From the NCBI GenBank assembly GCA_028534125.1, contig CM052818.1, positions 26,724,001 to 26,788,000 of the forward strand: a stretch of 64,000 nucleotides of DNA. Reading direction: 5' to 3'. This document shows positions 61,601 to 64,000 of this stretch, piece after piece. Every line of letters begins with the position of its first letter. Positions within the stretch are counted from its first letter, which is position 1. Position numbers and translations under genes: made by a program. Under the pieces are notes generated by a model. The model saw only the letters and a program-made list of their open reading frames with translations, was not told the origin of the DNA and searched no databases. Source of the stretch: Lama glama (taxonomy: Eukaryota).

Positions 61601-63252
61601 TCTACAAGGTGAGTGAAACATAGGATTCTAGTTCCAGGGTTCTGGAAAATGTTTTAACTCGGTATAGTATTTTGGGTTTTGAATTTTTTTGATATCTATA
61701 ATGTATCAAAAATGGTTTTTTCTCTTTGGGTATTTTTAAAGGCACATTTTGTATTTTAACTGCTATTTTATCATACACAAAAATACTTTTCTATGCAATA
61801 TGCCTTTTATTTTAAAATGGAAATAAGTGAGAAGATGAGCATCACTTATTCATTTTACAAAAAAATTTCTAAAATACACGTATTTTCTCAAGATATATCT
61901 ATATCTAGTCTCTACATTGCTTAGAGTTTCGCTGTATCACACATTTTCACAAACATACTGTTTGTTTATCTAGCTTTGTTACAATTAACTTCCATTTTCC
62001 CCCTGGATATTTTTTTAATCCTTCTAGGAACTTTACCATTTCTCACATGTCTTTAAGTGATTTTTGGCTTTTCAGTTTAGTAGAAACGGCACTCCTATCG
62101 CTTAATCTGAAAATTACCATCTGTGTGGTTTTGCACAAAGTACTTAAAACCTCAAAGCCTACTGTTAATCTCTAAAATGGGGGTTACAATATCTACCTGA
62201 GAAGATTGTTGTGAATGAATGTAAAAGCACTTCCAAAGCTAAAATTGTAATTCGATGTAAATCAAGTATCATGATTACTAATCAATCACCACTTGGACCC
62301 ATAGCATTGATTTTAATGTTTTTCAAAGTCATTTTTTGCTCCTTTGCTTGAGTTGGGAATCTCCACTAAATTTTTACAGAACACTTGGCTAAATGTCTAA
62401 ACACCATTTTATCATTTGAAATGATGTGACCAAGCAGTGAGTGACCTCTGCAAGCATGGAAATGAGTTTTTGAAGCTTTTACCCCTGACATAACATGTAC
62501 TTGAGATAAAATCCTTCACCATAGCAGATTAAACAGGTAACTTCATTTTTTAATGAAGTTAATTTTTTAAATTACCAGTAGAAGTAGATTACAAAAAAAA
62601 AAATCAACCATGGAGTCCTTATGACAAGAATTTCTTCTGTAAATTATTTCTCAGATATTTAAGTGACTCTGGGCACTTTCAGGTTCTGTTGGGATATTTG
62701 ATTGTGTGGAATTTTATTGGTAAAAAAAAAAGATCTAGATGTTAAACATGGACTTGGAGGAGCTATAAAGACGTGAACATTTCTGTTAATGACTTTGAAT
62801 GAAGAAAAGATCTGCATTAAGTGAAAGAGTAGGTTGAAAATTTTGAGCTTCTTGAAGAAAATGAATTTGGTATGGTTGTGAAAAAAGGAAAAAGACCAAA
62901 AGAAAAAAAAAAAAAAGATTATGCAGTGGGAAGCAGGATTCAAGAAGGAAGTTCAAAAAGAAGTTATAAATTACTTACGATTCACAATTCCTCATCCCCA
63001 CAAAGTAAGAAAATAGAAATAAAAACTGGAGGAGAATGTAGAAAAGGAGAAGATACAGTAACAATAACAATTTAAACTGCCATTCAGGTACTAAACTTAG
63101 GAGTAATTCACTATACACACACACAACACGTATGCTTTCACCTTATTGTATATATTTTTAAGAGAATGAAACAGTTACCATCGCCAAGGATTTTGGCAAC
63201 TCACCTCCATTACGACAAATTACCCAGGTCCATCTTCAAGAATAAAGCCAAG
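58671..63252 (+). CDS. SULT6B1: Sulfotransferase 6B1, exons 1-3 join(58671..58869,59858..59970,63163..63252); gene continues beyond the window
   Basis: MAANSKFIDYIDEALEKSKETALSHLFFTYQGIPYP...DIVLASYPKCG|SNWILHI...PVLECGDPEKYQ|RMKQLPSPRILATHLHYDKLP. Contains the 5'-PSB loop YPKCGSNW and the catalytic His motif ATHL; GT-AG junctions in frame. Confidence 0.94.
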
Positions 63253-64000
63253 GTGAGTGTGTCCTTTCCTACTGGCATTTCAGTTTGTAGTTTTAAAAGT
63301 ATAAATATTGGCTTTCTGAGGTTGAGATTGCTACTCAGCACAGAATTTTAATAAATGATGTGTGCGATTTGGTGTTTCTTTTGTTGCTGTTCCTTTCTAC
63401 AGATGTATTTGTTACATTTGCATTCAAATCAAATGCGTTTTCAGCCAAGACAGAAAATATATACATAGAGTGGAACCTACTTCAAAACCTGTTTTTAGAG
63501 TGAATAGATTTCAGCATTAGGATATTTAGAGTGTTTAACAAAAGGATACAACCCAGGAAAATGAGCAAAAATTGTTCCTTCAGTTCTTTCTGGTGAGCAC
63601 TATTTACCTGAGGTCCAAACCTATTATATTTCTGAATTTCACATGCAATATCAAACTTCATATCAAGCATACCTAAGTACAGGTGCTTTGGCTGCTCTTA
63701 TTCGTTTGAAAATCTTGTTTCATTAACCAGTTTTGATCAATTTTCATAATTAGTAGTTTTGACCCAATCCCTTTTTTTGTTTTCTGTCACCTTGTTTCCT
63801 CTCCATTCCTTATTCTCTGTCTACAGAGGAAACAATCAGAATTAATTAAAATAAAATTTTAAACTCCTGAGCTCCACAAGCAAGGAGGACAGTGCAGTAA
63901 CAGCAAAGAAGGATAAAGGAAGAAAACAGTTAAGATAACTACACTGGTAAGAGGAAGAAGGGGAAATAACAGAGGAAGGAAGAATAGGAAGTGGAGGCTT

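Overview
Mammalian genomic window. The tRNA-derived SINEs and L1 3' ends suggest a camelid, which is an inference. It covers the conserved gene block PRKD3 (last two exons, +), NDUFAF7 (complete, 10 coding exons, -, 441 aa), CEBPZ (complete, 16 exons, +, 1055 aa), CEBPZOS (complete 80-aa microprotein, -, missed by the ORF track) and SULT6B1 (exons 1-3, +). NDUFAF7 and CEBPZ are head-to-head, with only 138 bp between their ATGs. CEBPZ and CEBPZOS overlap tail-to-tail. Between CEBPZOS and SULT6B1 lies a near full-length processed CSNK1A1 pseudogene with a 14-bp TSD, inserted into a MIR. The rest is intronic or intergenic DNA with L1, L2, CR1, MIR, SINE, hAT/Tigger and LTR relics, including a complex twin-primed L1. 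Gene identities come from recognising the translated exons and GT-AG junctions. Repeat family names come from recalled consensus similarity, not from a database search. I see no convincing wholly new biological system. The most interesting items are the CEBPZ/CEBPZOS dual-use sequence, the retrocopy and a few unusual insertion structures.
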